The notes under the pieces: generated by a model
What the model was told of the DNA's origin: nothing
Databases searched by the model: none
Seen by the model: only the letters and a program-made list of their open reading frames with translations
Position numbers and translations under genes: made by a program
Shown here: in pieces, positions 1 through 11,250 of the stretch
Layout: each line of letters opens with the position of its first letter
How positions within the stretch are numbered: the first letter of the stretch is position 1
Source of the DNA: Bryobacterales bacterium
GTDB taxonomy: Bacteria > Acidobacteriota > Terriglobia > Bryobacterales > UBA6623
Reading direction: 5' to 3'
Length of the DNA stretch: 64,000 nucleotides
Assembly (NCBI GenBank): GCA_963422375.2
Contig: OY729427.2
Coordinates: 1,632,001 to 1,696,000 of the forward strand

Positions 1-923
1 TCCGCGCCCGCGCGCTTGATGCATTGCAGGCTCTCGATGATACACTTCTCGCCGTCCAGCCAGCCGTTATGGGCGGCGGCCCGCAGCATCGCGAACTCGC
101 CGCTCACCTGGTAGGCGGCGGTCGGGACGCCGAACCGGCGCTTCGCTTGCGAAAGCACGTCGAGGTAGGGCATGGCCGGCTTGACCATGACCATGTCGGC
201 CCCCTCCTCGAGGTCGGCGCGAATCTCCCGCATGGCCTCGCGACGGTTGGCGGGATCCATTTGGTAGCTGCGGCGGTCGCCGAACTGCGGCGTCGATTGC
301 GCTGCGTCACGGAAGGGGCCGTAGAAGGACGAGGCGTACTTGGCCGCGTACGACAGGATTGGGACCGCGGTCAGCCCGGCGCCGTCGAGGGCGGAGCGGA
401 CCGCGCCGACGCGACCGTCCATCATGTCGGAGGGCGCGATGATGTCGGCTCCGGCCCGCGCCTGCGACACGGCCGCCTTGCTGAGGAGCTCGAGGCTTGG
501 GTCGTTGACGACGTCGCCGTCCTCGACGATTCCACAGTGCCCGTGGTCGGTGTACTCGCACAGGCACGTATCGGCGATGACGAGCAGTCCCGGCGCTTCG
601 CGTTTCAGCGCGCGGACAGCTTGCTGGACGATTCCGCTCGCGTCGTACGCTCCGCTGCCGACAGGGTCCTTGGCGGGAGGTATCCCGAATACGATCACTC
701 CCGGGACGCCGAGGCGCGCCGCGGTCCGGCATTCCTCGACCAGGCAGTCGACCGAGAAATTGAAGATTCCCGGCATCGAGGGAATCGGTACGCGGCACCC
801 CTCGCCGGGACAGACGAAGACCGGATAGATCAGGTCGGCCGGCGAGAGCCGGGATTCCCGGACCAGCGAGCGCAGCTCCGGGCGGCCGCGGAGCCTGCGC
901 AGCCGGTGGGTCGGGAAGGCCAC
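1..923 (-). CDS. hemB: Porphobilinogen synthase (delta-aminolevulinate dehydratase); 3' end runs off the window
   Basis: Not in the ORF track. Manual minus-strand translation gives [11 protein letters not shown]..., the Zn site [42 protein letters not shown] and [13 protein letters not shown] start at 923 (alternative ATG at 932). Confidence 0.96.
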   Translation of the reverse strand, partial: MAFPTHRLRRLRGRPELRSLVRESRLSPADLIYPVFVCPGEGCRVPIPSMPGIFNFSVDCLVEECRTAARLGVPGVIVFGIPPAKDPVGSGAYDASGIVQQAVRALKREAPGLLVIADTCLCEYTDHGHCGIVEDGDVVNDPSLELLSKAAVSQARAGADIIAPSDMMDGRVGAVRSALDGAGLTAVPILSYAAKYASSFYGPFRDAAQSTPQFGDRRSYQMDPANRREAMREIRADLEEGADMVMVKPAMPYLDVLSQAKRRFGVPTAAYQVSGEFAMLRAAAHNGWLDGEKCIIESLQCIKRAGA

Positions 924-1031
924 CGGCCCCATTCTACTAGCCGGCTCCCGGCGAGCGGCGGTCGGTCTGATATGCTCTAATCCAGATGCCGCGGGGTGCC
1001 TCGGAGGGGCCCGCGCAGCTCGGCGATTCCC

Positions 1032-1780
1032 ATGTCCGGCCACTCGAAATGGGCGACCATCAAGCACAAGAAGGCCGCCACCGATGCGAAGCGCGGCAAG
1101 GTGTTCACTCGACTGATCCGCGAGATTCAGGTTGCTGCCAGGGAGGGCGGACCCGACCAGGATTCCAACCCGCGCCTGCGCACGGCGGTGGCGGCGGCCA
1201 AGGCCCAGTCCATGCCCGGGGAGAACATCAAGCGGGCGATCATGCGCGGCAGCGGGCAGCTCGAAGGGGAGACCTACGCGAGATCGTCTTCGAGGGGTAC
1301 GCGCCCGCCGGCGTTGCCGTCATGGTGGAGACGGTCACCGACAACCGCAATCGTACCGTGGCCGAATTGCGCCACATCTTCGCCAAGAACGGCGGGAACT
1401 TGGGAGAGAACGGCTGCGTTTCGTGGATTTTCAGCAAGCGCAGCGTGGCGGTAGTGGCCAAGGAGGTCGCCGGCGAGGACGAGTTGATGGAGACCGTGCT
1501 CATGGCCGGGGCCGACGACCTAATCGACGATGGCGATCAATGGGTGGTGCATTCGCCCCCGGAGGCCCACGACGATATCGTCGGCGCGCTGCGCGAAGCC
1601 GGCATCGAGCCCGTGTCGGCCGAAGTCTCCCGCGTTCCGGAGAACACCGTGCGGGTAGGCGGCAAGCAGGCCGGCAGCGTGGTTCGCATGATCGAGAGGC
1701 TCGAGGATCAGGACGACGTGCAGAGCGTCTTCGCGAACTTCGATATTGACGCGGGGGAACTCGAGGCGCTTTCCTCCTAG
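1032..1780 (+). pseudogene. yebC: YebC/PmpR family protein, split by a 1-nt frameshift near 1278 (real or sequencing error)
   Basis: [14 protein letters not shown]...GETY in one frame, [26 protein letters not shown]...LEDQDDVQSVFANFD in the other. Canonical yebC-ruvC order. Confidence 0.9.
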
Positions 1781-1790
1781 TGGCGTTCGC

Positions 1791-2264
1791 GTGCGGATAC
1801 TGGGCGTCGACTGCGGGTCCCGGATCACGGGCTACGGGATCATCGAGAGCGACGGCCGCTCCCACCGCGCGCTAGCGTACGGCGCGATTCGGATGTCGCA
1901 GCGACAGGCCTTCGAGCAGCGGCTGGCGAAGGTAGCGGACGGGCTGGACGCGGTTGTCGGGCGCTACAAGCCCGAGGAAGCGGCGGTCGAGGACGTTTTC
2001 GCGCACAAGAACATGCGCAGCGCCCTCGCTCTGGCCCACGTGCGCGGCGTGGCGTTGCTGAGCGCGTCGCGGGCCGGGCTGCGCGTTGCGACGTACTCGC
2101 CATCCAAGATCAAGGCGAGCGTGGTCAGCCACGGGGCAGCGGGGAAGCAACAGGTCCGCATGATGGTCAAGCTGCTGCTCGGCGTGCAGGAGGAGCTCGA
2201 TCCGCTGGACATCTCGGACGCGCTTGCGGTGGCCTACTGCCATGCCAGCCTCAGGGGGAGCTGA
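1791..2264 (+). CDS. ruvC: Holliday junction resolvase RuvC
   Basis: MRILGVDCGSRITGYG, AAVEDVF, DISDALAVA acidic catalytic motifs; GTG start. Confidence 0.95.
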   Translation: MRILGVDCGSRITGYGIIESDGRSHRALAYGAIRMSQRQAFEQRLAKVADGLDAVVGRYKPEEAAVEDVFAHKNMRSALALAHVRGVALLSASRAGLRVATYSPSKIKASVVSHGAAGKQQVRMMVKLLLGVQEELDPLDISDALAVAYCHASLRGS

Positions 2265-2268
2265 GGTC

Positions 2269-2883
2269 ATGTACGCTCGGCTGCTCGGGATCGGCGCGGC
2301 GCTCGCCTTGGCGGCGGTGGCGCAGGAGACGATCCATTTCGAGCGCGAGTTTCCTGGGGCGGCCCCGGAACGCTTCGAGGTGCGACTGGGGCGTGACGGC
2401 AGCGCGGTCTATGCCGAGGAAGGGGACGACCCGCTGGAGCTCTCGATCGGAGCGGAGACGGCCGGCGAGGTCTTCGAGCTTGCATCGGCCCTGGACTACT
2501 TCGCCAGGCCGCTCGCCAGCCGTCGGCGGGTCGCCTCCACCGGGCGCAAGGTGATTCGGTACGAGAAGGACGGGGCTGTCCGGGGGGAGGCGGAGTTCGA
2601 CTACTCGGACCTCCCGCAAGCCCGCGAGATTGCCGCGTGGTTCGTGAGGCTGAGCGCGACGCAGCAGCACCTGCGGGAGCTCGAGCGGGCCTACCGGTTC
2701 GACCGGCTGGGAGTCAACCAGGCCTTGGTGCATCTGGAGATGTCCTACGAGCGGAATCGGATCGTCGCGCCGGAGCTGCTCGAGCCGGTCTTGGGGCGGA
2801 TTGCGGCGGAAGGGCGTATCGTGCATTTGGCGCGGGCGCGCGCCGAGGGCCTGCTGGAGCGGATCAGAGCGGCGCGAGAGTAG
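2269..2883 (+). CDS. Exported hypothetical protein
   Basis: Starts 4 nt after the ruvC stop, signal-peptide-like N-terminus (MYARLLGIGAALALAAVAQ), host-like codon usage. Confidence 0.7.
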   Translation: MYARLLGIGAALALAAVAQETIHFEREFPGAAPERFEVRLGRDGSAVYAEEGDDPLELSIGAETAGEVFELASALDYFARPLASRRRVASTGRKVIRYEKDGAVRGEAEFDYSDLPQAREIAAWFVRLSATQQHLRELERAYRFDRLGVNQALVHLEMSYERNRIVAPELLEPVLGRIAAEGRIVHLARARAEGLLERIRAARE

Positions 2884-4525
2884 GCTCGCTTCTCGACGGG
2901 GCGTTCCGGGCGCGATTGTCCGGATCGCGAGGGTGCCTGATTCGACGCTCGGGCCTCCCGCAGATGGGTTCCTCCGCCGGTCCGCGGGATCCCCGAAGAA
3001 CCGCCCCAGCGCTCGATCCGGAGATTCTCGGGCGAGGTAGCCAGCCACCGGTGCATGATGCGCGCTAGGGAAATCGGGTCGGTCTCGGGCGAAGTTCGTC
3101 CAAGCTCTCGATCGCTCGGTGATCGCTTTCGCTAGGGAGAACGCCGGGATAGAGAGGGTAGTGGTACAGCCTGTCAAAGTGATCGTGATTGAATTGGAAG
3201 CTTCCGGCAGGGCCCCTGACGCCGTCGTGATTTCGGTCCGCTTGCCTGGGATTTGCAGTTGATCTCTGCCGGTCCGAGATCCGTCTTTGACAGCGGTGAT
3301 TCGCAGTCAAGCGAGGCGCGGCTAATCGACTTCGTCACCGATTGTCGCCACGATTCGCGTTGGAGGCTGGGCAGGACGGAGGTTCCCTCCCGTCTCGGTT
3401 TCGGCAAACGTTCCCGGGTTTCTGAGAGCATCACTCCGATGGAATCTGCACCAAGGTCGTCCATAGCCCTCGTACGATTTCTGCTTCCGGACCGCCAGAA
3501 GGTGCCGAGGATTCTTGCAGGCAGCTACTTGTCTCACGCTTCGGCTGATTGCGAGCCTGTTGCTTCGAGCAAGGGCGAGCGGGTCGTCTGCGACGAATCC
3601 GATGTTCTCCTGCGTTCTTGTCATTTCAACGCAGGCGTAGCGCTAGCGCTAGGAGATGACCTTGGCTTGGCGCTCGCACGACGAGGACGCCACGGTCCCA
3701 AGGCGCCTCACGTGCTGCCCTCTTGGTGTCAGGCTCGATCTCGAGCGCAGTCTCCTCACTCTGCCTCCGTGCGGTTTCCAGTAGAGCCGTCGCGGCACCT
3801 GAGCCGGGAGGGGATCGTGCCCGCGGTAGGACTGACCGCCTGAGGATGCCTGGGCGGCGGGTCAAGGGCGATGCAGTCGATTTCGCATCGATCGTCCGGA
3901 AGGGTCCGCAGGTCAGCGTCGGCGACGTGATCTGTCGCGAGCGCTCCCTAGCGGTGAGGCATAATACGCTTCTGGAACGCTGCTTGAGCGTAGGTACTGC
4001 CGGACTCGACGCTCCCGGGAGCCGCATATGCGTGCAAGTCCTGAGAAGAGAGGTATCCGTTCGATCATGGGCTCTCTCCAAGGATGTGTTCGTTGAACGG
4101 CAAGATATTATCCACGAAACTATTTCGTCGAAGTGAGCGTGGATCTTGGTCTGGTATAGCGGCCGGATAAGGCTCCAATAGCTTGAACTAATCAATGTGA
4201 TCAGTGACGGAATCCATGCCTGCATTCATAGTCTCGTTCCGTAGGTCGGAAGTATCCTGGTGTGGCGATCACTCCAGCATGAAGTCCTGACCGGGAGACG
4301 AAATCAGGCTCGGTTCATGTCGAAATCGCTCCGCTCTATCTCGTCATCCTCCGAATTGAGCGTTGGATAGGCGACCGGGAGAAACGCTCGACATGCTTGG
4401 ACTGCTGCACGCCGGAGCTGGCTTGGCGCTTTGGCCTTGCGCAACGCAGGCAAGTCCTGTGCTCCTTTATGTACCCGATACTGGTTCCGTCGCGGGCCGG
4501 TCAGTTGTCCGCGAACCGCCCGTCG

Positions 4526-5404
4526 TTACGTGGGTGCGCCGACGATACGGTCGTAGATGGACGAGAGTTCTTCGTCGGAGGAGAACGAGATCTCGAGGAC
4601 GCCCTTGCTGCCGCGCTGGCGAAGGCGCACCGGGGCTTGCAGGAACCGTTGGAGTTCTTCGACCGCCGCCACCGCGCTCGCGTCCACCGATCGCTCGCTG
4701 CGCTTGCGTGCCGGCTTCTGGATCTTGCGGACCATGCGCTCGACTTCCCGGACGGACAGCTGGGACCTTGCCGCGTGCTCGCCCAGCGTCTCCTGGTCTT
4801 CCCGACTGTCCAGTGCCAGCAGGGCGCGAGCGTGGCCCATTTGCAGGCTGCCCTGCAGCAGGAAGTCCTGCAGGGACGGAGGCAGCCGCAGGAGGCGCAG
4901 GTGGTTCGTGATCGACGCCCGGCTCATCCCCGTGCGGGTGGCGAGCTCCTCGTGGATCAGGTCCAGCTCGTTGCTCATGCGGTTGAGCGCCAGTGCGATC
5001 TCGATCGGGTTGAGGTTGTCCCGCTGGATGTTTTCGATCAGCGTGACCTCGAGCAGCCTGTCGGGAGCGATCGTGCGGACGATGGCCGGGATCGTGGTCA
5101 GCCCGGCGAGGCGGCACGCCCGCAGTCGGCGCTCGCCGACGATCACGGTGTAGCGGTCGCCGTTGCGCGAGACCAGAATGGGCTGGAGGACGCCGTCGGA
5201 TCGGATCGACGTGGCCAGCTCGCGAAGGGATTCCGGATCGAAGCCGGACCGGGGCTGGACGGGATTGGGATCCGCGCTCTTGACAGGGATCTGCTCCACG
5301 GACTGGCCGGCTTCGTCCCCGACCGAAGGCGCTCCCGGAAGGAGGGCGCTGAGGCCCTTTCCCAAGGCCTTGCGCTTGGGAGGGCTGGCTGGCGTGTCTG
5401 GCAT
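4526..5404 (-). CDS. parB: Chromosome partitioning protein ParB
   Basis: ALGKGLSALL, NPVQPR, GVLQPILV, GERRLRAC, LIENIQRDNLNPIE. Confidence 0.97.
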   Translation of the reverse strand: MPDTPASPPKRKALGKGLSALLPGAPSVGDEAGQSVEQIPVKSADPNPVQPRSGFDPESLRELATSIRSDGVLQPILVSRNGDRYTVIVGERRLRACRLAGLTTIPAIVRTIAPDRLLEVTLIENIQRDNLNPIEIALALNRMSNELDLIHEELATRTGMSRASITNHLRLLRLPPSLQDFLLQGSLQMGHARALLALDSREDQETLGEHAARSQLSVREVERMVRKIQKPARKRSERSVDASAVAAVEELQRFLQAPVRLRQRGSKGVLEISFSSDEELSSIYDRIVGAPT

Positions 5405-5408
5405 CGAA

Positions 5409-6200
5409 TTAGTTCTTGGCGGCGGTCTTGCGACTCGCGCGGGCGCGGGCGAGCACCTCCCGCGCGAGATTCAGGTAGCTTTGCGCGCCCTTGGAGCGCA
5501 CGTCGTATTGGAGAACGGGCATTCCATAGCTCGGCGCTTCGGCGAGCCGCACGTTGCGCGGGATCACGGTATCGAACAGAAGCGAGTCGAAGTGGGCCCG
5601 CAGCTCGGCAGCCACCTGCTTGGTGAGGGACGTGCGCCCGTCGTACATCGTCAGAAGCACGCCCTCGATGGCGAGCTCGGGATTGAGCGTCGCCCGGACG
5701 GAGTCGAGCGTGCGCAGGAGCGAGGAGACTCCCTCGAGCGCGAAGTACTCGCAATGAATCGGGATGAGAACGGAATCGGCGGCGGCCAGCGCGTTGAGCG
5801 TCAGAATGTCCAGAGACGGGGGGCAGTCCAGCAGAAGGAAGTCGTGGCTCGAGTTCGCGACGTGCCGGTTCGCCTTGAGCCGCAAGGCGCGGTCCTCGAG
5901 ATCCGCGAGCTCGACGTTCGCCCCGGCCAAGTGCCGGCTGGAGGGCAGGATGTCCAGTCCGGCGAAAGTGGTCGGTAGGACGGCCCGGTCGAGCGGCACG
6001 CCGTCGATGAGGACCTCGTAGAGGGTCGGCCGGCGCGTGTCGGGCGGGACGCCCACGCCGCTGGAGCAATTGCCCTGCGGGTCGCAGTCGACGAGGAGAA
6101 CCCTGCAGTCGGCCGCGGCGAGCGCGGCGGCGAGATTGATCGCAGTCGTGGTCTTGCCGACCCCGCCTTTCTGATTCGAGACTGCGATCCACGTTGCCAC
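5409..6200 (-). CDS. parA: ParA/Soj ATPase
   Basis: NQKGGVGKTTT, DCDPQGN, DCPPSL, IPRNVRLAEAPSYG. Confidence 0.97.
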   Translation of the reverse strand: MATWIAVSNQKGGVGKTTTAINLAAALAAADCRVLLVDCDPQGNCSSGVGVPPDTRRPTLYEVLIDGVPLDRAVLPTTFAGLDILPSSRHLAGANVELADLEDRALRLKANRHVANSSHDFLLLDCPPSLDILTLNALAAADSVLIPIHCEYFALEGVSSLLRTLDSVRATLNPELAIEGVLLTMYDGRTSLTKQVAAELRAHFDSLLFDTVIPRNVRLAEAPSYGMPVLQYDVRSKGAQSYLNLAREVLARARASRKTAAKN

Positions 6201-6241
6201 GAGAGCACCGTCAAGATCAGGCTAGCATGAACACGCTCGAA

Positions 6242-6257
6242 TGTTTCACGTGGAACA
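6242..6257. promoter_or_regulatory. parS: parS site 1
   Basis: TGTTTCACGTGGAACA, one mismatch from the TGTTTCACGTGAAACA consensus, just upstream of parA. Confidence 0.93.
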
Positions 6258-6881
6258 TTGCCGTCGTGCCATTGTTCCACGTGAAACATTGCCCGTCGCT
6301 GAGGCCGACAAGGCGCGGCCCAGCCAGAGGTTCCGGCGGTCGCCCCACGGCATCGGCACTCCTTCCCAGTGCCCGAAGCCGCACCGGCCGGGCCGGTCCG
6401 TCCCGAGGACTGCCGCGCGCGGCACGCGGCCCGCGATGCGGGGCAGGACGGAAGGCGGGGAGACCGCCCGGAGGAGCGCCCACTCGGCCCGCCCGCTCCA
6501 GTCCTCGATCCGGCACCCCGCGACGGTAACGTTGGCGACCTCGCGCGTAGATTCGCAAAGAAACGCTGCTTTCTTCTGTTTTGATTCGACAAGAGTGACG
6601 CTTGCGCCCGGCCGGAGCACCGCGAACGGCACGCCGGGAAAGCCGGCCCCCGATCCCACGTCGACGGCCGACGCGGTCGCGGGCAGCTCCCGGTGCAGGA
6701 AGGCCGCCTCCCCGTAATGCCGCCTCGCCGCCGCGACCGGGTCCCGGATGGCGGTCAGGTTCACGCGCCGGTTCCAGCGGCATAGAAGGCCGAAGTGCGC
6801 GCAGAGGCGCTCGATCTGCGCGGCCGTAGCCGCCACGCGCAGATCGCGTAGCGCCTCGCGCAGCGCCGCCTCGAACGTCAC
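6246..6881 (-). CDS. rsmG: 16S rRNA m7G527 methyltransferase RsmG/GidB
   Basis: C-terminal part of the 6246..9404 [40 protein letters not shown] start overlaps the mnmG stop (GTGA). Confidence 0.92.
   Translation of the reverse strand: MTFEAALREALRDLRVAATAAQIERLCAHFGLLCRWNRRVNLTAIRDPVAAARRHYGEAAFLHRELPATASAVDVGSGAGFPGVPFAVLRPGASVTLVESKQKKAAFLCESTREVANVTVAGCRIEDWSGRAEWALLRAVSPPSVLPRIAGRVPRAAVLGTDRPGRCGFGHWEGVPMPWGDRRNLWLGRALSASATGNVSRGTMARRQCST
6273..6288. promoter_or_regulatory. parS: parS site 2
   Basis: TGTTCCACGTGAAACA, exact reverse complement of site 1. Confidence 0.93.
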
Positions 6882-8743
6882 GCGCTCAGATGCATGTCGA
6901 GAATGCACACCGCGGCCGGCGTCACGCCAGGGATGCGGCCGGCCTGTCCGAGCGTTCGCGGCCGCACGCGCTCCATCTTCTCGACGGCCTCCCGCGAGAG
7001 GCCGGGCAGGCCGCGGTACTCGAATCCCGGCGGAATCCGGCGCTGCTCGGCCTGCTGCAGGCGCTCGATCTGGCGGCGCTGCTGGTCCAGGTAGCCCGCG
7101 TACTTGAACTCGGCCTCGATCGCCTTCCAGTCGGCCTTTCGCAGCGTCTGGCCCACGCCGGGCGGGAAGGCCGGCCGCAGCTGCTCGATGCCCACTCGCG
7201 GCCTGCGCAGGAGCCGGGCCAGGCTGGTCCTCCCGCCCGGAGGCGGCGCGAGCGTGTCGTACAGGCGATCCGAGAGCGGCGGCTTGTGGCGCTCCAGGAA
7301 GCGCACCGCGGCGTCCCGCGCGGCGCACCTGGCCTCGAACCGCCGCCAGTCCTCGTCGCCGACCGTTCCCGCCCCGCGTCCGATGGGAGTGAGCCGGCGG
7401 TCCGCGTTGTCGATCCGCAGGTGCAGGCGGAATTCCGCCCTGGACGTGAACATCCGGTAGGGCTCGTCGGTGCCCTTGGTGATCAGGTCGTCGATCAGGA
7501 TGCCGATGTAGGCGTCCGTGCGCGCGAGCACCACGGGATTGCCGCCGCCCAGGGCGCTGGCGGCGTTGACGCCAGCGAGCAAGCCCTGGCAGGCGGCTTC
7601 CTCGTAGCCGGTCGTGCCGTTGATCTGGCCCGCCAAGTAGAGACCCGCAACCCTCTTGGTTTCGAGCGTGGCGAGCAGCTCGGTCGCGTCGACCGAGTCG
7701 TACTCGATCGCGTAGCCGGGCCGGATCATCTCGGCGCGGTCCAGGCCCGGGACGGAGGCCACCATGGCTTCCTGTACGTCGATCGGCATGCTGGTCGACA
7801 TGCCGTTGGCGTACACCTCGTTCGTGTCGAGGCCTTCCGGCTCGAGGAAGATTTGGTGGCGCCTGCGATCCGGGAACTTGACGATCTTGTCCTCGATCGA
7901 CGGGCAGTAGCGCGGCCCGACCCCCTCGATCTGGCCGCTGTAGAGAGGCGACCGGCGCAGGCTCTCGGACAGCACGCGGTGCGTCCGCTCGTTCGTGTGG
8001 GCGATGTGGCAGCTGACCTGGGGCCTGTCGATGGCCTCCGTCCGGAAAGAGAACGGAGTGGGCTCGGCATCGCCGGGCTGCGGTTCGAAGACGTCCCAGT
8101 CGATGGTGCGGCCGTCCAGCCGCGGAGGGGTGCCCGTCTTGAGCCGGCAGCAGCGGAACCCCCGGGCCCGCAGCACCTCCCCGAGCATCACCGACGCCTG
8201 CTCCCCGCTCCGGCCGGCCCGGAACGTGCGCTCGCCGATATGCACGAGCCCGTTCAGGAAAGTGCCGGTGGTGACGATGACCGCGCCGGCGCCGAGCGAC
8301 CGGCCGTCCAGGAGCTCGACTCCGCGGATCCGGTCCTCCTCGACGCGGAGGTCCACGACCTCCGCCTGCTTGATGTCGAGGCTGGGCTCGCGCTCGAGCA
8401 GCTGGCGCATGCGAATGCGGTACTGTTTCTTGTCGCACTGGGCCCGTGGAGACCAGACCGCCGGCCCGCGGCTGGTATTCAGCAGCCGGAACTGGATGCC
8501 GACCTCGTCGGTTACCCGGCCCATCACGCCGCCCAGCGCGTCGATCTCGCGAACGAGATGCCCCTTGGCGATACCCCCGACCGCGGGGTTGCACGACATC
8601 TGGGCGACGAGGTCCAGGTTCAGGGTCACCAAGGCGACCCGCGCGCCGATGCGGGCCGCCGCGACCGCGGCCTCGCAGCCGGCGTGGCCCGCCCCGACGA
8701 CGACGACGTCGTAGCGCTCGGACGCCCTCGAACTCGCCGCCAC
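6878..8743 (-). CDS. mnmG: tRNA uridine-5-carboxymethylaminomethyl synthesis enzyme MnmG/GidA
   Basis: [62 protein letters not shown]. Confidence 0.98.
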   Translation of the reverse strand: MAASSRASERYDVVVVGAGHAGCEAAVAAARIGARVALVTLNLDLVAQMSCNPAVGGIAKGHLVREIDALGGVMGRVTDEVGIQFRLLNTSRGPAVWSPRAQCDKKQYRIRMRQLLEREPSLDIKQAEVVDLRVEEDRIRGVELLDGRSLGAGAVIVTTGTFLNGLVHIGERTFRAGRSGEQASVMLGEVLRARGFRCCRLKTGTPPRLDGRTIDWDVFEPQPGDAEPTPFSFRTEAIDRPQVSCHIAHTNERTHRVLSESLRRSPLYSGQIEGVGPRYCPSIEDKIVKFPDRRRHQIFLEPEGLDTNEVYANGMSTSMPIDVQEAMVASVPGLDRAEMIRPGYAIEYDSVDATELLATLETKRVAGLYLAGQINGTTGYEEAACQGLLAGVNAASALGGGNPVVLARTDAYIGILIDDLITKGTDEPYRMFTSRAEFRLHLRIDNADRRLTPIGRGAGTVGDEDWRRFEARCAARDAAVRFLERHKPPLSDRLYDTLAPPPGGRTSLARLLRRPRVGIEQLRPAFPPGVGQTLRKADWKAIEAEFKYAGYLDQQRRQIERLQQAEQRRIPPGFEYRGLPGLSREAVEKMERVRPRTLGQAGRIPGVTPAAVCILDMHLSA

Positions 8744-8817
8744 CGCCCCGGTCGTTCCCTTCCTGATATTCTATGCCTTGGATCGCTCGCCGGATCTCCC
8801 GGAGGCGTCGCAACGGG

Positions 8818-10107
8818 ATGAGGGTCTTGGTGATCGGCGGCGGTGGCCGCGAGCACGCGATCGCTTGGCGGTTCGCGGCGGACGCCCCCGCGAACCGCGC
8901 CTTCTGCGTCCCCGGCAACGCCGGTATCCAGCGGGATGCCTCGTGCGTCGCGGGCGACATCATGGCTGTCGAGGAGATGGCCTCGCTCGCGGAGTATCTC
9001 GGCGTCGACTGCACGGTGGTGGGTCCCGAAGCGCCGCTTGTTGCGGGCATAGCCGACGAATTCCGCGCCCGCGGCCTGCCGGTCGTCGGTCCGTCGGCCG
9101 CCGCGGCGCGGCTCGAGGGGAGCAAGGCCTTCGCGAAGGCCTTCCTGCGGGCCTGCGCCATCCCGACGGCGGAGTCGGTGCTGCTCGAGAGGCCCGAGGA
9201 CGTTGCCGCCGCGGTCGGCCGCTTCGGCTTTCCGGTCGCTCTGAAGGCGGACGGCCTTGCCGCGGGCAAAGGCGTCGTGATCGCGGGCGACATGGACGAG
9301 GCGGTGCGCTGCGCGCAAGGCATGCTTTCGGGTGACATGGCGGGCGCCGCGGGCCGGCGCATCGTGGTCGAGCAGTTTCTCGACGGGGAAGAGGTCAGCT
9401 TCATCGTGCTGAGCGACGGCCGCGGCTATTGCCTGCTGCCCGCGACGCAGGATTACAAGCGCGCCTTGGACGGCGACCTCGGGCCGAACACCGGCGGCAT
9501 GGGGGCCTACTGCGACGACTCGATCCTGCCGGACGCTACGCGGGACCGGATCGTCGAGGAGATCGTCGAGCCCGCCCTGACGGGAATGCGGCGTCGAGGC
9601 ACGCCCTTTTCCGGCTTCTTGTACTGCGGCCTGATGATCACGGCGGACGGGCCCAAGGTGCTCGAGTTCAACGTGCGCCTCGGTGATCCCGAAGCCCAGC
9701 CGATGCTGTATCGCATGGATCCCGGGTTCGCCGAACTGCTGCACGGCGCCTCCCGGGGAGCCTTGGACCGGTCGCTGCTGAAGACCGGCGCTCCGTCCGC
9801 CGCGTGCGTGGTGCTGGCGTCCGGAGGTTACCCCGGCAAGTACGACACGGGCGCGCGCGTCGACGGGCTGGACGCGGCCCGGTCTCCGGAGGCTAAGGTC
9901 TTTCACGCGGGCACCAGGCTTTCCGGGGGCGTGCCGGTCACGTCCGGGGGCCGCGTCCTCGGCGTCACGGCTGCGGGGAACCGCCTTGACGAGGCACTCG
10001 GGCGCGCCTACGCCGCCGCGGGCTCGATTCGTTTCGACGGCGCCCGTTACCGTCGCGACATCGGACGGCGGGGCTTGGCTAGGGCCGGAGCCGGAATTCA
10101 GGGATAG
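8818..10107 (+). CDS. purD: Phosphoribosylamine--glycine ligase
   Basis: MRVLVIGGGGREHA, LEGSKAFAK, KADGLAAGKGV, GPNTGGMGAY, EFNVRLGDPE. Confidence 0.97.
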   Translation: MRVLVIGGGGREHAIAWRFAADAPANRAFCVPGNAGIQRDASCVAGDIMAVEEMASLAEYLGVDCTVVGPEAPLVAGIADEFRARGLPVVGPSAAAARLEGSKAFAKAFLRACAIPTAESVLLERPEDVAAAVGRFGFPVALKADGLAAGKGVVIAGDMDEAVRCAQGMLSGDMAGAAGRRIVVEQFLDGEEVSFIVLSDGRGYCLLPATQDYKRALDGDLGPNTGGMGAYCDDSILPDATRDRIVEEIVEPALTGMRRRGTPFSGFLYCGLMITADGPKVLEFNVRLGDPEAQPMLYRMDPGFAELLHGASRGALDRSLLKTGAPSAACVVLASGGYPGKYDTGARVDGLDAARSPEAKVFHAGTRLSGGVPVTSGGRVLGVTAAGNRLDEALGRAYAAAGSIRFDGARYRRDIGRRGLARAGAGIQG

Positions 10108-10115
10108 GAGCGGCG

Positions 10116-11129
10116 ATGCGAGTCGGACTGGTCGGGACGGGAGCGATTTCCCACAAGCACGCGGAGAGCTACCGCGAGATCGGCTACGAGCTGGTGGCCT
10201 GTTCCAACCGCGGCCGGGAGAAGGGCGAGGCTTTCGCCGCGCGTTACGGCTGCGAGTTCGTGCCCAACCATCGCGACCTTTGCGCGAGGCCCGACATCGA
10301 TTTCGTCGACGTCTGCACCTTCCCCGATTCGCGCGGGGAGATCTGCGCCGCGGCGGCGGCTTGCGGCAAGCACGTGCTCGTGCAGAAGCCCATGGCGCTG
10401 ACGATGGAGGTTTGCCGCGGGATGATCGAGACCTGCGAGGCGAGCGGAGTCGGCTTGGGCGTGGTGAGCCAGCACCGCTTCGACGAGAGCGTCGTGTTCC
10501 TGAAGCGAGCCATCGGCGACGGGCGCTTGGGACGGCTGCTCCAAGTCGACGGCTACGTGAAGTGGCACCGGCCGCAGGAATACTACGACCGCCCGGGCAA
10601 GGGCAAGTGGGCCGTCGAGGGCGGCGGGGCCCTGATCAACCAGGGCATTCACACCGCGGACGTGATGCAGTTCTTGGCCGGCCGGGTCCGGCGGGTCTAC
10701 GCACACTGGCAGCTCGGCGGTGCCCACAGGATGGAGGCCGAAGACTGGGTGAGCGCCGTCCTCGTCTACGGGAGCGGCGCGAGCGGAGTCTTACAGGCCT
10801 CTACCGCCGCGTGGCCCGGCTATGCGGAACGGATCGAGATTCATGGCACGAAGGGGACCGCCGTCATCACAGGGGACCAGCTGACGGCGTGGGAGGTCCC
10901 CGGGGACCCCGGAGACGACGCCCCGCTGTCCGCCGGAGTCGATTCGGGCGCGTCCGACCCGATGGCGATCTCGATCGTGAACCTGCAGCGCCAGCTGCTC
11001 GATTTCGGGGAGGCGGTGCGTCTCGGCCGGGAGCCTCTGGTGAGCGGCGCGGAGGGCATGGCCGCGCTGCGGCTGGTCCTGTGCGTCTACGAGTCGGCGC
11101 GCGAGGAGCGTCCGGTCGGGCCGCTGTAG
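10116..11129 (+). CDS. Gfo/Idh/MocA family oxidoreductase
   Basis: GLVGTGAIS, GKHVLVQKPMA, GGGALINQGIH. Confidence 0.9.
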   Translation: MRVGLVGTGAISHKHAESYREIGYELVACSNRGREKGEAFAARYGCEFVPNHRDLCARPDIDFVDVCTFPDSRGEICAAAAACGKHVLVQKPMALTMEVCRGMIETCEASGVGLGVVSQHRFDESVVFLKRAIGDGRLGRLLQVDGYVKWHRPQEYYDRPGKGKWAVEGGGALINQGIHTADVMQFLAGRVRRVYAHWQLGGAHRMEAEDWVSAVLVYGSGASGVLQASTAAWPGYAERIEIHGTKGTAVITGDQLTAWEVPGDPGDDAPLSAGVDSGASDPMAISIVNLQRQLLDFGEAVRLGREPLVSGAEGMAALRLVLCVYESAREERPVGPL

Positions 11130-11250
11130 CGCGCGGGCGAGGGCAAACCGTATAATTCCTAGTAGGGTCCGCGGTAGGCTCTTGGTAGGCTAGGCGTCCG
11201 GAGCGTTCCGGGCTGACCGCCCCGGGCTAGCGGCCGGGGCGCTCTAGGAA

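Noticed and set aside
24..980. 318-aa plus-strand ORF
   Set aside because: Antisense shadow of hemB. The same applies to the long shadow ORFs over mnmG, parAB, lpdA, ALDH and queA in this high-GC DNA.
4108..4116. oriC call from a DnaA box
   Set aside because: A single 8/9 match with no box cluster or dnaA nearby; kept only as a possibility.
6246..9404. 1052-aa ORF as one giant fusion protein
   Set aside because: Only the last ~211 codons are RsmG; the rest is off-frame read-through across mnmG and antisense purD.
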